From the IMG/VR virus record IMGVR_UViG_3300027362_000003: a stretch of DNA of 44,549 nucleotides; one strand, 5' to 3'. The notes under the pieces are model-generated. The model saw nothing but the letters and a program-made list of their open reading frames with translations, made no database searches and was not told the origin of the DNA. The stretch comes from a virus. The position numbers and the translations under genes are program-made. Shown in pieces: positions 9,823-19,861 of this stretch; the stretch's first letter is position 1, and each line of letters opens with the position of its first letter.

Positions 9823-12488
9823 TATAATTCTCCCGTGTCAGCACGGACAAATAGTCCGGTTATACCAAATGGTATCCCACTATCGACTTCTATGCACACC
9901 TGTTGTTTTTCGCCAGCAGAAGAATCAAAGTTCATAACCACATCCCCAGTATACATTTTTAAGATAGTGGGGTCTGGTACTGGAACCTCCATAGAATATA
10001 AATTTTCAAAAGTATTTCCAGCCTTCCCTCGGTAGGATTTATATAGTTTAAATAATAGTTTATCAAATCTCTTAAAGACCATTTGTAAGTTTCCAAATGC
10101 CCCTGTAGCTGGGGGTTCTAGATTCAGGGTCTTTAATCTACATTTATAGGAATACCCATAATTCAATTGTTCGTAGTAGTCAGGAAGTATGATGGCTCCA
10201 TTGGTCCAATCAAAATTCCCCACTTCTTCATAATATCCACTTAAGTAATCCTTAACCCCAAAGACAGTGGTTTGCCCAAAACTGGAAGGTAGTCCAAATC
10301 TGTTTTGGATGGCATTGATCCCCTTGGAGAGTAGCCATCCTATAGACCCTGGAGCAGGGAGAGTTACCCAAGTTCCAGCTATGGCATTGGCTAAAGAGGT
10401 AGCGAACCTCACCTGGGTTTTAGAATAGTATATTGCCCAGAACTGGGTTCCTGTAGGGTAAGCCCCCCAGGGAGCAGAGGTGGATAACTGAACTCTTTGT
10501 AGGGGAACTATAGGAGGGAAATTTGGGGTATTGGCCCAATTGAAAGCATTATTAACCGCATCCCAATTGGCGGTACTTATGGTCCAACCGAAATTGGTAG
10601 CGGTAGTCTGTGCAGCCCGATCTATTAGTACGAAATCTAATTGTCTAAGCTCTGAAGGGTGTTCCCATAATTCCCCGATAATGGGTTTTATATCATAGGA
10701 GTCCGTATTCTTCCCCCGTATCAGAACATGGTATTGGGTATCGCTGTATTTATCTACTACCCATAATTCCCGTTTATTAATCATAGGGTTTAGATAGACA
10801 AAAATATCCATTATATTTTTAGCCGTGGTAACATATTTACACCAGGAAGCTACCCCATAAGCCTCATCCAATATCGCTCCTATTAGTTCCCCATTACTGA
10901 GGAGAATAGGAACAAAGGAATCTTCTGACAGGATATCTATCTTTTTTATAAATACCCTTTCTCTGGAAGTAATATCTGTTATGGGATTTTTTATAGCATC
11001 AGTAACATATTCCTGGGACAACAAACTTATGGCTTTGGTTATATACCCTTGGGCTTCCCCACTGAAGGATAATTGCTTTAGTTCTATTTCATCGTTACCT
11101 ACGAATAATATATTTCTATCTTGGACAATAGCTTTATATCTAGCTCCCCCATGTTTGGAGTTGAATACAACTTCCCGATTTAGAGCTCCAAAAGCTGAGT
11201 CCCCTGTGCCTCTGATTAAATGCTCTCCCACTGAGGTCCCAACCAGTAATACGGTTTGGGATACAAGCCACTCTATTTCCTGTATTTCAGAACTGGATAT
11301 ACCTATAGAGAAAGCATCGTCATTGGAGAGAGCTCCAAAGTACCCCAATTGGGATAAATCCGTGGTAGAGGCTGCATCCTGGGTTAATTTATTTACTGTT
11401 AAAATAAAAGGATCTCCAGTCCTACTCAACCAAATGGTAGAAGGGTTTCCCTTAGTAGTAGCGAAGATTAATCTCTGCTGGAAAGTGTTTACCAGCTTAG
11501 GATAGCCAGCAGTTTTGTTCCAACCAGAAATAAAAAATATGGAAGAGGCTTGAGTGGTTTCCACCCAAGTGGCTGTCTGTCCTCTCATCTTAACTGCGGT
11601 AACATAAGGGGGTACCGCTCCTGCTCTGGGGGTGAACCCTGTTATATAAAATCCTAGTTCAGTGGAAGTTCCAGCAGGAAGTATCCTGATGAAAGTTCCT
11701 ATGGAATCTATAGTAAATAGATCGTCCGCATTGGCTTCCAGGGTATGAACAGTATCCGCTCCAACGACTGTAGGGGCTGCCTTATTTTTTATGGTTAAGG
11801 TTGAGTCCCTGTTTTTTACATAGGGATAACCCAACAAATAGGCTTTATAGTGAATCTTTGGGGTTTTAGTGGAGAGCAATCTGGTATTTATAAATTCTGT
11901 TATTTTCCACTCCCCAGCAGGTACCGCAGTAGTAGGGTAGAACACCAATGCCAATGGCTCTATATCACTACTGGAATTAGTTATTATAGCTTCCCCTCCA
12001 GATATAAATATATTCCAGGTATCCACTGAGGGTTGAACTGCTGTAGGAAAAGCATTAAATTTAGAATGGGGTTGAGGGAACTCGTATAGGATATCAGCAT
12101 TCAAACTGGTGACATTTTTAAATACCGTGGTATCCGTTATAGATACCCCATTTTGAATCTTATTTTTAATATAGGCATCCAGGGTAGCCACATAAAAAGG
12201 GGAAGCATTTATCTGTCCCGATATTATAACCAATAAATATTCCACCCCTTTGTACACATAGGGAATTGCCCTAAGTCCTGGGGCTTCCCCACTGGCGTGT
12301 TTTACCGGAATAGTTATCTTTTGGTATAATCTAAAACCAGGTCTGGTCTGGGCTCCACCCGTTCTCTTGGAGTGGAAATTAGTCATTTCCTCCAGACCGT
12401 TTTTAAATTGTTCTATCTCTGTCCTGGAGTCCGCTTCCCTTCCAAGAAACCCTGATCCGAAGTTGTTCTGAGCCTGAAAGTATCTCAT
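9822..12488 (-). CDS. Tail tubular protein B-like (nozzle)
   Basis: 888-aa ORF immediately after the gp11-like adaptor, joined by an ATGA overlap. Size and order match T7 gp12. Confidence 0.65.
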   Translation of the reverse strand: MRYFQAQNNFGSGFLGREADSRTEIEQFKNGLEEMTNFHSKRTGGAQTRPGFRLYQKITIPVKHASGEAPGLRAIPYVYKGVEYLLVIISGQINASPFYVATLDAYIKNKIQNGVSITDTTVFKNVTSLNADILYEFPQPHSKFNAFPTAVQPSVDTWNIFISGGEAIITNSSSDIEPLALVFYPTTAVPAGEWKITEFINTRLLSTKTPKIHYKAYLLGYPYVKNRDSTLTIKNKAAPTVVGADTVHTLEANADDLFTIDSIGTFIRILPAGTSTELGFYITGFTPRAGAVPPYVTAVKMRGQTATWVETTQASSIFFISGWNKTAGYPKLVNTFQQRLIFATTKGNPSTIWLSRTGDPFILTVNKLTQDAASTTDLSQLGYFGALSNDDAFSIGISSSEIQEIEWLVSQTVLLVGTSVGEHLIRGTGDSAFGALNREVVFNSKHGGARYKAIVQDRNILFVGNDEIELKQLSFSGEAQGYITKAISLLSQEYVTDAIKNPITDITSRERVFIKKIDILSEDSFVPILLSNGELIGAILDEAYGVASWCKYVTTAKNIMDIFVYLNPMINKRELWVVDKYSDTQYHVLIRGKNTDSYDIKPIIGELWEHPSELRQLDFVLIDRAAQTTATNFGWTISTANWDAVNNAFNWANTPNFPPIVPLQRVQLSTSAPWGAYPTGTQFWAIYYSKTQVRFATSLANAIAGTWVTLPAPGSIGWLLSKGINAIQNRFGLPSSFGQTTVFGVKDYLSGYYEEVGNFDWTNGAIILPDYYEQLNYGYSYKCRLKTLNLEPPATGAFGNLQMVFKRFDKLLFKLYKSYRGKAGNTFENLYSMEVPVPDPTILKMYTGDVVMNFDSSAGEKQQVCIEVDSGIPFGITGLFVRADTGEL

Positions 12489-13099
12489 CGGGACCCTCTG
12501 ACGAATACGAAGTCATTTGGGTCTACCGAGATATCGCTGCTGTCTTGAGAAGCTTCGATACTTCTGGCCACAGCTAATACTTCTTCTTTTTCTTTCCTGA
12601 TGTCCCCTAGAATACTTATACTTTGTAGAATGGAGAAACAGCATTCTGCCGCCAGTTCCAGATAAAAAGCTTTCGTAAAATACGGGCTAAATAGTGTCGT
12701 ATCAATGCAATCATAGACATAGTTAATACTGACAACACCCATATCTGTAGCAATCTTATCGCCCTCTATTTCATATAACTTCTTCTCGCCATAAGTCGGG
12801 TAAATATAATTAGGGATATTTCCTTGAAGCTCATATATCTCCACTAATCGGAGATAGTCGATGGGTAGTTGAAAGTAATGGCCATAGCCGAACAAAGGTG
12901 GCGGTAACACTTCTGAAAGAGCCACTCGCTTTAAAGAGAAACCCCATTGATGATCTTCCAGGACTCTTCTCCTGCAAACATCGTACATGGTTTTCATTAT
13001 TTTGGCACGTTTAGCCTCATCGTCAATAGATGAAATCCGCTCTACCCCTAATCGGACTAGAGCGGAATTAATGATCTGTATAGAAGAAAGTCCAAGCAC
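12485..13099 (-). CDS. Tail tubular protein A-like (adaptor/gatekeeper)
   Basis: 204 aa with a GTG start 5 nt after AGGAGG. The N-terminal pattern IINSALVRLGVERISSIDDE....W.F is typical of T7 gp11-like adaptors. Confidence 0.7.
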   Translation of the reverse strand: MLGLSSIQIINSALVRLGVERISSIDDEAKRAKIMKTMYDVCRRRVLEDHQWGFSLKRVALSEVLPPPLFGYGHYFQLPIDYLRLVEIYELQGNIPNYIYPTYGEKKLYEIEGDKIATDMGVVSINYVYDCIDTTLFSPYFTKAFYLELAAECCFSILQSISILGDIRKEKEEVLAVARSIEASQDSSDISVDPNDFVFVRGSR

Positions 13100-13137
13100 A
13101 TTACCCTCCTAAAGAGGGAACATACCCCCTCTAACTT

Positions 13138-13659
13138 TTAGTCTGACACATACAGTATACAGACTTCTAGAACGGCAACAGTAGCATTAGCTCCTCCTGC
13201 CGTAATAACTTTAATGTCTGTTCCTGTATCGTTATCAGGCTTCCCCAACCTTTTCATTATCATAGGAGATGCTACCCCTACTGCCAATATTCCGGTTGAA
13301 TTGAAGTTAGTTCCAGCCGCATCCCAAGCTTTAGCAGGAAGAAGATCTGAAGTAGTCCCTTCCGCTATAAGTGCTCCAGGACTTGCCTCTGAAGTGGCTT
13401 CTAACCTGGTGGCTGCAAGCCTTAGTGCCAAGGTTACTCCTGTCCCAATAGGGGCTGAAGTTTTCATGGAGGCGGATAAAATGGTACAATTTGGTGGAAG
13501 TTTCCCTCCAACAAAAATTACATCACCTATCGACTCTGTTCCCATAGTATATCTGTCTATCATACAATGGACTTTTCCAGCGATTTCGCCTTTTTTAGCC
13601 ATCTGTGTTGGATAGGACTGATATACTGCTGCGTAGTTTTCACCATATTTATTGGCCAT
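13138..13659 (-). CDS. Hypothetical structural protein downstream of the capsid gene (possible head decoration or minor capsid protein)
   Basis: 173-aa ORF with an AGGAG SD. The antisense ORF 13214..13615 is judged a shadow. Confidence 0.6.
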   Translation of the reverse strand: MANKYGENYAAVYQSYPTQMAKKGEIAGKVHCMIDRYTMGTESIGDVIFVGGKLPPNCTILSASMKTSAPIGTGVTLALRLAATRLEATSEASPGALIAEGTTSDLLPAKAWDAAGTNFNSTGILAVGVASPMIMKRLGKPDNDTGTDIKVITAGGANATVAVLEVCILYVSD

Positions 13660-13661
13660 CT

Positions 13662-14642
13662 TTATGTCTCCTTACAAATTAATTCTACTACTTTCACTTC
13701 ATCCATTCTAGTACAACCTACAGTGCAAGCACCATAGACTTGATAGGCATAATGTTTAGTAGGAATTTCGGTTATTTTCCCGTTAAATAATCTTGGAAGG
13801 GCACATATGATTGCTTCATTTGCGGTAAACGCAAAAGTCCTTCTTCCTGCTCCTGCTGGTATGGTACCGTCTGCACCTGTAGCGGTGGTTCCAGTTACTA
13901 CCCCAGTATCCTTGTTATAGACAACTGCTGCGGCTTCAAAAGGAAGTAGTTCTGTTCTTACAAACTTAAAGCCCATGAAGGTATCAACTTCCCCTTGTAC
14001 TAAGGCTTTAACGGTATTGTAATCAGCACTAGTAACCTCAGTAGTAGCTAACAAGTCGTCTATCTGTTTTGCAGTACAGACATAGATTATCGGCTGATAA
14101 TCGTCTACCGCTTCTGCTTGTTTCATTTTTAGCTTCACTTTACGAAGCCCTTTAAGTGTCAGGGCATTCCCTGTTCCAGCAGTATCCAATGCGGCTGTTG
14201 AAGCAACAGAAGCTATTTTTTGGGTATTGGGAAGAGGAATTATTACATCCCCTTTCTTACCACCTCTGGCACTACCTAAGGCGGCTGCTATGATTTCCCT
14301 GTCTATTTGTCTACCGAAGCCCATACCCATAGCTTGGGCATATGAACTTTCTAGGTTCATAATGACTCGGAGTTTGTCCTCTTGATCCACCATATCAGCG
14401 TCATAGAAGTCTGACATTGTATTGGCTCGTCTAGAGTGTGGGGTATCTACATAAAGCACGTCTGAATGCCGACCTTCTTTACGCCTTGGATCTCTTACTC
14501 CAATTCTTTCGTAATAGGCGGTCTCAGCGTGTTGCATTTCTTGTCTCATATACGGTCGTAAACGAGACATCTTTTGTTGTGCTAGGAAATATACGTTGGC
14601 CGAGAACTGGTCGACCATCGCTGTTGTTACTTGAAATGACAT
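13662..14642 (-). CDS. Major capsid protein
   Basis: 326 aa with a GAGAGG SD, preceded by a near-consensus promoter. It lies between the scaffold and the adaptor. The N-terminal FSANVYFLAQQKMSRLR....ERIG pattern resembles podoviral HK97-fold capsid proteins. Confidence 0.8.
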   Translation of the reverse strand: MSFQVTTAMVDQFSANVYFLAQQKMSRLRPYMRQEMQHAETAYYERIGVRDPRRKEGRHSDVLYVDTPHSRRANTMSDFYDADMVDQEDKLRVIMNLESSYAQAMGMGFGRQIDREIIAAALGSARGGKKGDVIIPLPNTQKIASVASTAALDTAGTGNALTLKGLRKVKLKMKQAEAVDDYQPIIYVCTAKQIDDLLATTEVTSADYNTVKALVQGEVDTFMGFKFVRTELLPFEAAAVVYNKDTGVVTGTTATGADGTIPAGAGRRTFAFTANEAIICALPRLFNGKITEIPTKHYAYQVYGACTVGCTRMDEVKVVELICKET

Positions 14643-14767
14643 ATTAACCTCTCTTATTGCAATTAGTTTTTACTTATTGTTCTTCGAGAGATTGTCCACA
14701 GCGTGGATCACTCTAATACGAATATTTTTGTGGATCGGTTAAGATTGTCCTATCCGTATTTATTCAA

Positions 14768-14795
14768 ATTATACAACGGCAAAGTTTACTGTCAA
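14768..14795 (-). promoter_or_regulatory. Near-consensus sigma70-type promoter (TTGACA-N16-TATAAT) upstream of the capsid gene
   Basis: The minus strand reads TTGACAgtaaactttgccgttgTATAAT. The -35 begins 3 nt after the stop of the lipoprotein gene, and the promoter is about 120 nt upstream of the capsid ATG. Confidence 0.55.
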
Positions 14796-14798
14796 ATA

Positions 14799-15098
14799 TT
14801 ATTTACGGAAACCTTCTACACAGTCGTAGTAGGCTTGCCCGTCAAAAGCAGCACACACGCTGTCGTCCACAGCCCCCATAAGATGATGACCACCATGTCC
14901 GCCTCCTCCGTGTCCTGGGGAGCCGTGTCCTCCGCCTCTTGGACGGGAATGTCCTCTGGAGGGTCCAGGATGTCGATTGGGATACCCCCGATTAACCACT
15001 ACAGTGGGTCCATCTGGAGTTTGACTCTGACTTTGAGTCTGACTTCCAGGCTGTCCACAAGATAAAACCAATAATAAAGAAACCAATATCAATTTCAT
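14799..15098 (-). CDS. Small His/Gly-rich lipoprotein (moron-like) inserted between scaffold and capsid genes
   Basis: N-terminus MKLILVSLLLVLSCG has a signal peptide and lipobox-like LSC. It is followed by RGGGHGSPGHGGGGHGGHH and a Cys-containing tail. An AAGGA SD lies inside the end of the upstream gene. Confidence 0.7.
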   Translation of the reverse strand: MKLILVSLLLVLSCGQPGSQTQSQSQTPDGPTVVVNRGYPNRHPGPSRGHSRPRGGGHGSPGHGGGGHGGHHLMGAVDDSVCAAFDGQAYYDCVEGFRK

Positions 15099-15100
15099 GC

Positions 15101-16105
15101 TTATTCCTTTGGTTCAGGGGTGATTCTACCCCTCATTGCAAATAATTTAGTCATAAACTCAGTGGCTTTTTGGTGATTTGGATGATTCCTATCGTGATAG
15201 GGGTGTTTTTGGTCCCCGAATATGGTATTTATCTCCAATTCAGCCTCGTGTGGAGTCATATAGGTCATTCCAGAGCTATCTTTCCCTTGAAATGTATCTT
15301 CTCCGAAAATAGTAGCCCCCAGGTTAGATAAGAACTTAGTTAAGTTTACATCATTTTTGATGGGAGAGTTATTTAAGTATTCTATGAACTCGGGAGGGGC
15401 AAATTTGTCTATTACCGTCCTCGCCATCTCTAATCTTTGCTTAAAAGCCGCTCCCCATTCTTTTTGTAGGGAGGTTATAGCCAAATCCTTGTTCCTGGCT
15501 AGCTCTTGCTCCTCATTTTTCATGTTTTCAGCTACTGCTTCAGACATATGGGTAAGCATATCTTGTACTAAGGCAGGAGGATATTTCTGTTCATGGGCGT
15601 GTTTCACCAATTTCTCCACAAAGGCATCTTCTAGTGGAGACTTCTCTGGGTCATATTCTATCTTTTGGGTGTAGGCATCGAAATCGGTATCATATCCAAA
15701 GACCTTGGTATGGAAATCTACCCACTCAGACTCGGTAGAGTCCTGGTGAGGCATTACTATCCTATCCTTACCCATAGTCTTTTGACTGTGGACCAAAGAT
15801 TTAAGGGCATTTCCTACATTAACTTTGCCATCAGGACCGATATAGGGTTTTAGGGAGAGTTCGGTTTTGATCTCATCTGGGGTTCCTTCTGGCCATTGAA
15901 CATCTGCTCCTCCAAATACGTTGTCGATTTTTTTCGGTGGTGCAGAAGCAGGACTTGGAGGAGCACTAGGGTGTACAGTACCAGTATTACCCAGTAAACC
16001 AGTGGATTGTGTTCCTTCAGTAGTACCACTACCGCCCACGCCAGGAGCATTATGAGTATCAGTATTAGTACTTCCATCCGTTGTTCCAGTTGCTGTTTCA
16101 GACAT
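15101..16105 (-). CDS. Putative scaffolding protein (assignment by position)
   Basis: It lies between portal and capsid. I prefer the ATG at 16105 (MSETATG...), which follows GAGGA by 5 nt and sits just after the upstream TAA. The track start at 16135 would overlap the upstream gene by 29 nt. Confidence 0.6.
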   Translation of the reverse strand: MSETATGTTDGSTNTDTHNAPGVGGSGTTEGTQSTGLLGNTGTVHPSAPPSPASAPPKKIDNVFGGADVQWPEGTPDEIKTELSLKPYIGPDGKVNVGNALKSLVHSQKTMGKDRIVMPHQDSTESEWVDFHTKVFGYDTDFDAYTQKIEYDPEKSPLEDAFVEKLVKHAHEQKYPPALVQDMLTHMSEAVAENMKNEEQELARNKDLAITSLQKEWGAAFKQRLEMARTVIDKFAPPEFIEYLNNSPIKNDVNLTKFLSNLGATIFGEDTFQGKDSSGMTYMTPHEAELEINTIFGDQKHPYHDRNHPNHQKATEFMTKLFAMRGRITPEPKE

Positions 16106-16106
16106 A

Positions 16107-16364
16107 TTATTCCTCGGGGTTTGCCATACTTTCAAGCATTTTTCGATATTTTATTACATCGGTATTTATCATAGTCAGTATTTCAAATATCACGCTTCTC
16201 CGGCCTTCATTGTAATACATTTTGTAAGGATCTTCGGAGAAGGTTCCGTCTAGTACATGGCAATTACCCATCAATTGTTCTAGTACTGCCTCTCCATCTT
16301 TATTTTCAAAAACTTTCTTAAATAACTTTATAGTTGTTATTTGGTCGTCTTCTTCGTGATTCAT
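16107..16364 (-). CDS. Hypothetical protein
   Basis: About 85-aa ORF. The ATG at 16364 overlaps the portal stop (TGATG). A GTG at 16367 is an alternative start. Confidence 0.6.
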   Translation of the reverse strand: MNHEEDDQITTIKLFKKVFENKDGEAVLEQLMGNCHVLDGTFSEDPYKMYYNEGRRSVIFEILTMINTDVIKYRKMLESMANPEE

Positions 16365-18019
16365 CACATCTGTTGCCCTTTATTTACGGCAGTTACCAGA
16401 GGAGCGATATTGGAAGCGGCTTGGGTTTGTTCCGCAGCCATCTGAGCATCTTGCTGTTGAGCCATCTGCTCTGCTTTCTGTTGCCTTATCTCTGCTACAG
16501 CATCTTCTGATTTTAAATATCTCTCGTCAACCCCAAAGGCATCAAAGGATAGTCTCAAGATAGCGTCCCCATCTATGTTATCCATGATATCGGGCTGACT
16601 CTGTACGATAGGAAGCACTTGCGAGAGGGCTCTTTGGAAGCCTTCCTGCTCTCCGGTTATCTGGGCTCTGGCTAAGGTGGAAGTGTATTTAATCAACACC
16701 GCCCCTCCTGCCGCCTCTATCTCTTTAGGGGTAGGAGGAAACATTCCAGCCCTGAAACAAATACCAAACACCCTGTTTATAACAGGGGATAATAATTCAT
16801 TTTGAAGTCTACCCAGGATTCCACCCAATGCCCTTAACTGCTCATCCCTTCTTTGGATTACTTCAGTGGCGGTCATACGATCTTGTTGGACCGTTTTTAA
16901 GGCATTGATGTAATAGCCGTCATGGATAGCCAGTCCAATTTTATCCAGAAGCTCATAGCCCAAGTCTGGTCGGGCTCCAGTGGCTATTGGTTCTATCTTA
17001 TCCGAACCAGGCCTTCTGTAATTTATGCCAAACGGCTTAAATTTGAGTGGTCGTAACATAGAGTTATCAGCGATCTGCAAGGGTGGAGCTATTGCTAACT
17101 GGGCCCCTTGCAAGATCACCTTTTTCATGGCATTAATAGTACGGATATCCGGCAACACGTCCATCCCTGGACTCCGGCCATAAATCTCCCCTGCCAATTT
17201 AGACCAACGAGGTACCGCATACGGAAACTCATGGAACCCCTTCCTGGGGTCATTTAATAGTCTAGGAAAATTTGTTAAAACATGGGCGGAAAAATAAGGG
17301 TGCTTTAAACCCTTTGGCAGTATCTCAGCAACCGCTAGATCCTCTATCGGACCTACGGCATGAAGTATTTCATATTCAAATGAAGGATCGTTCTTAAGCT
17401 TATCCGCCATCTCCCTATTTAATACTTCCCCTCCGAATTGCTGTACTATAGCTCTCACAGAGAACTTATATTTTCTGATAATAAAATCTATCTTGCCTCT
17501 TGCATTTTCATCAATATAACATTTATAAATGGGTCGAGCCTGGCACCTGATAACGTCTATCGGGTCCTCTTCAATCCTGAAAGGAGCAGTCCCAAATGAT
17601 CCTAAGTCCTGATATACTTCTAGGATTTCTTCTTGAAAGTTTGAGTTTCCTAATACTCGCAACATTATGGATACTATTTCTTGATTCCATTTCCTAACAC
17701 TGGATAATGTATCTATATCCCTAATCCCAGTGGATAGTTCAAACCATCTAGTGGTTGGGTTGGTGAGCATTGAGTGTAGGGCATTGGAGAGTTCGTTACA
17801 ATACCTCTTGGCGGATGAGTCGTAGAGGTGTTCAGTTTTATCCTCTCCTGGAGTGGCGTTATCCCATATGTCGTCCTTATTGGGGACTATATATCTGGAT
17901 ATCTGTTCCCATAAAGATTCCCAATTAACTCGGGAGCCCTTCATGGTGGCGTACCTCTTTACTATGTATTCAGCTAGAGGATCTCGGGAAAAGTTCGGGT
18001 CTGGTGTCTTTGTTGCCAT
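16364..18019 (-). CDS. Portal (head-to-tail connector) protein
   Basis: 551 aa, downstream of the large terminase and upstream of scaffold and capsid. Size is similar to T7 gp8, and it has a Gln/Ala-rich C-terminal tail. Confidence 0.8.
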   Translation of the reverse strand: MATKTPDPNFSRDPLAEYIVKRYATMKGSRVNWESLWEQISRYIVPNKDDIWDNATPGEDKTEHLYDSSAKRYCNELSNALHSMLTNPTTRWFELSTGIRDIDTLSSVRKWNQEIVSIMLRVLGNSNFQEEILEVYQDLGSFGTAPFRIEEDPIDVIRCQARPIYKCYIDENARGKIDFIIRKYKFSVRAIVQQFGGEVLNREMADKLKNDPSFEYEILHAVGPIEDLAVAEILPKGLKHPYFSAHVLTNFPRLLNDPRKGFHEFPYAVPRWSKLAGEIYGRSPGMDVLPDIRTINAMKKVILQGAQLAIAPPLQIADNSMLRPLKFKPFGINYRRPGSDKIEPIATGARPDLGYELLDKIGLAIHDGYYINALKTVQQDRMTATEVIQRRDEQLRALGGILGRLQNELLSPVINRVFGICFRAGMFPPTPKEIEAAGGAVLIKYTSTLARAQITGEQEGFQRALSQVLPIVQSQPDIMDNIDGDAILRLSFDAFGVDERYLKSEDAVAEIRQQKAEQMAQQQDAQMAAEQTQAASNIAPLVTAVNKGQQM

Positions 18020-18480
18020 TATCCGAACAATCCACCAAAGGGCGAGGACTTAGCGTATTGTCCCATCCAACCCATGTTCTTACCTCCACCAGCTTGCATT
18101 CTACTGGTTGAAGCGACAACGTCTCTTCGGGCCCTGATGGTGTTAGCGGCTCTTTCAACATCCCATGCTCCCTTGCTACCAGGGGCTGCTGATACAACAT
18201 TGGTTCCCTGATTGGTGATATATTTCTCTCCAGCTTGTTGCCTGGATAACAAATCCTCGGCAAAGCCTTTTCCATATTTGGCTTCTATGTCCTCACCATA
18301 TCCTGACTCACCTTGGGTGTTGGTATATTCCTGTCCATATTGTCTTGGTGGTGGGGGTGGTGGAGCAGGTTTCTGACCAATCCCTAATGACTTACTCTTA
18401 AACTTTATTCCAAAAATACCATCATTATTCCCCAAGACATGGGATTTAAAAAATCTTAAAAAAGATAATAAGTACTTCAT
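18019..18480 (-). CDS. Hypothetical protein with hydrophobic N-terminus and a poly-Pro tract
   Basis: I prefer the ATG at 18480 (MKYLLSFLRFF...), which lies 6 nt after AGGAGG and just downstream of the terminase TAG. The track start at 18528 would overlap terL. Confidence 0.6.
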   Translation of the reverse strand: MKYLLSFLRFFKSHVLGNNDGIFGIKFKSKSLGIGQKPAPPPPPPRQYGQEYTNTQGESGYGEDIEAKYGKGFAEDLLSRQQAGEKYITNQGTNVVSAAPGSKGAWDVERAANTIRARRDVVASTSRMQAGGGKNMGWMGQYAKSSPFGGLFG

Positions 18481-18490
18481 GCCAGTCCTC

Positions 18491-19858
18491 CTAAAATTTA
18501 AACGGATCATAGCTGTGATCCGACTCATCCTTCATATTAAGTATCGCTTCTGGGATGTTTCCCCCCATACCAGGTTCATAAGCTTCTCCAAAAATTCTAA
18601 AAGCATCTGCCCCATGAGAAGCCCAATTATGTAGAGGATGCTCAGAATAAACTTTAAGCTTTGGATCATATTTCCTCTCATAACTCATCAAGGCTTCCAC
18701 CCCCATCTTACAATTATTAGCATCAAAGAAGCAACGAGGTAATAGCGTTCTTACCGCATGAATCCCATCCGCTACCGTTTTGGGTTTCGGTAATACTATT
18801 ATAGACCCTAATCCCATATTTTCCATAAATTCTTTTCGGGTTCTGCCAGTACTTATTTCAGCCGAGCCTCCATCGTGGGGGATGTAGTGGTTGCCATAGA
18901 CATAACCATGGGAAGTGGAGAGTTTTAAAATCTCTGGAACATAGTGGTCCAGCCCCAATCCGTGGTTCTCCATATAGTTTATAACTCTAATCTCCCTTCC
19001 CACCTCCTGGATAAACCAGATGGCACAGGAATCAGAGAAGCCCAAATCCCAGAAAGTCATAACTCTAGCATTGGTTTCATGGGGGACTTCCGCTATCTGC
19101 TTCTTCTCCTTAAGCTCCATCATATATTTCTGGTAGTACTTATTAGAAGGGGCGGCATTGAAGTCGCACATATACTCTTGGAGCCAGGCTTCTTCAGTCA
19201 TTGAGGCTTTAAGGTCCTCCTGTTCAGTCTTTTCTATCAGGTCGGTATCTTGTACCGTCATTAACTTAGTGAACCATCCTGGGTGTCCTCTTCCAAAGTC
19301 GTAGATTCGCTTGAAAGCATTATCCCCTTTAGGCGTTCCGATGATGAGCTCCCACCCAAGTCTGTCCGAAAGAGTAGGTAATAGCACCTTATCCCTAACA
19401 TCAGGGTGCATATCAGCAAATTCATCAAGAACATATCCGTCAAGATAGATGCCTCGTATAGAGTCATAGTTCTCGCCTCCCAATAAGAATATCGTACATT
19501 TGCCATGTCTATGAGGGAAAGTTATCCTAAGCTTGGCTTCATTGAACTCCACATAAGGAATGTCCTTTAAATAATGCTTAAAGTAGTTCCAGGCTATTTT
19601 CTCCACTTGTCCTACAGTGGTGGCGATAAAGGCATATTGTGGATTGGCTAATGGTAGTCCGGTAAGGCGGTCTTTCTTATCAAATCTCCATGCTTGGTCA
19701 AGAATCTCATTAACCCCAAATACAGATTTACCTCCCCTTCTATGGAATACGAGGACATTATGTCGGGTAAGTTCGGAATGGGTTTCTCTTTGCCATTGTC
19801 TGGGGATGTAGCCAGTGGAGTAGACTGTTTTATTGTGGGGAGCGTTTTTGCCATACAT
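18491..19858 (-). CDS. terL: Terminase large subunit
   Basis: Walker A-like HRRGGKS and Walker B YVLDEF are present. The C-terminal nuclease half has WDLGFSDS, IPHDG and HGADAFR motifs. Confidence 0.9.
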   Translation of the reverse strand: MYGKNAPHNKTVYSTGYIPRQWQRETHSELTRHNVLVFHRRGGKSVFGVNEILDQAWRFDKKDRLTGLPLANPQYAFIATTVGQVEKIAWNYFKHYLKDIPYVEFNEAKLRITFPHRHGKCTIFLLGGENYDSIRGIYLDGYVLDEFADMHPDVRDKVLLPTLSDRLGWELIIGTPKGDNAFKRIYDFGRGHPGWFTKLMTVQDTDLIEKTEQEDLKASMTEEAWLQEYMCDFNAAPSNKYYQKYMMELKEKKQIAEVPHETNARVMTFWDLGFSDSCAIWFIQEVGREIRVINYMENHGLGLDHYVPEILKLSTSHGYVYGNHYIPHDGGSAEISTGRTRKEFMENMGLGSIIVLPKPKTVADGIHAVRTLLPRCFFDANNCKMGVEALMSYERKYDPKLKVYSEHPLHNWASHGADAFRIFGEAYEPGMGGNIPEAILNMKDESDHSYDPFKF

Positions 19859-19861
19859 AGC

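Noticed and set aside
2192-12000. Many 60-200-aa plus-strand ORFs inside the long minus-strand structural genes, for example 2441..3037, 5636..6091 and 10981..11505.
   Set aside because: All are embedded antisense to long ORFs with clear gene-to-gene coupling. None has a ribosome-binding site or a recognisable motif.
17970-18275. Minus-strand 101-aa ORF overlapping the portal start and the 153-aa gene. Also 15850..16077, 19261..19506 and 19648..19854.
   Set aside because: These are out-of-frame overlaps with well-supported genes (portal, scaffold, terL) and have no independent start signals.
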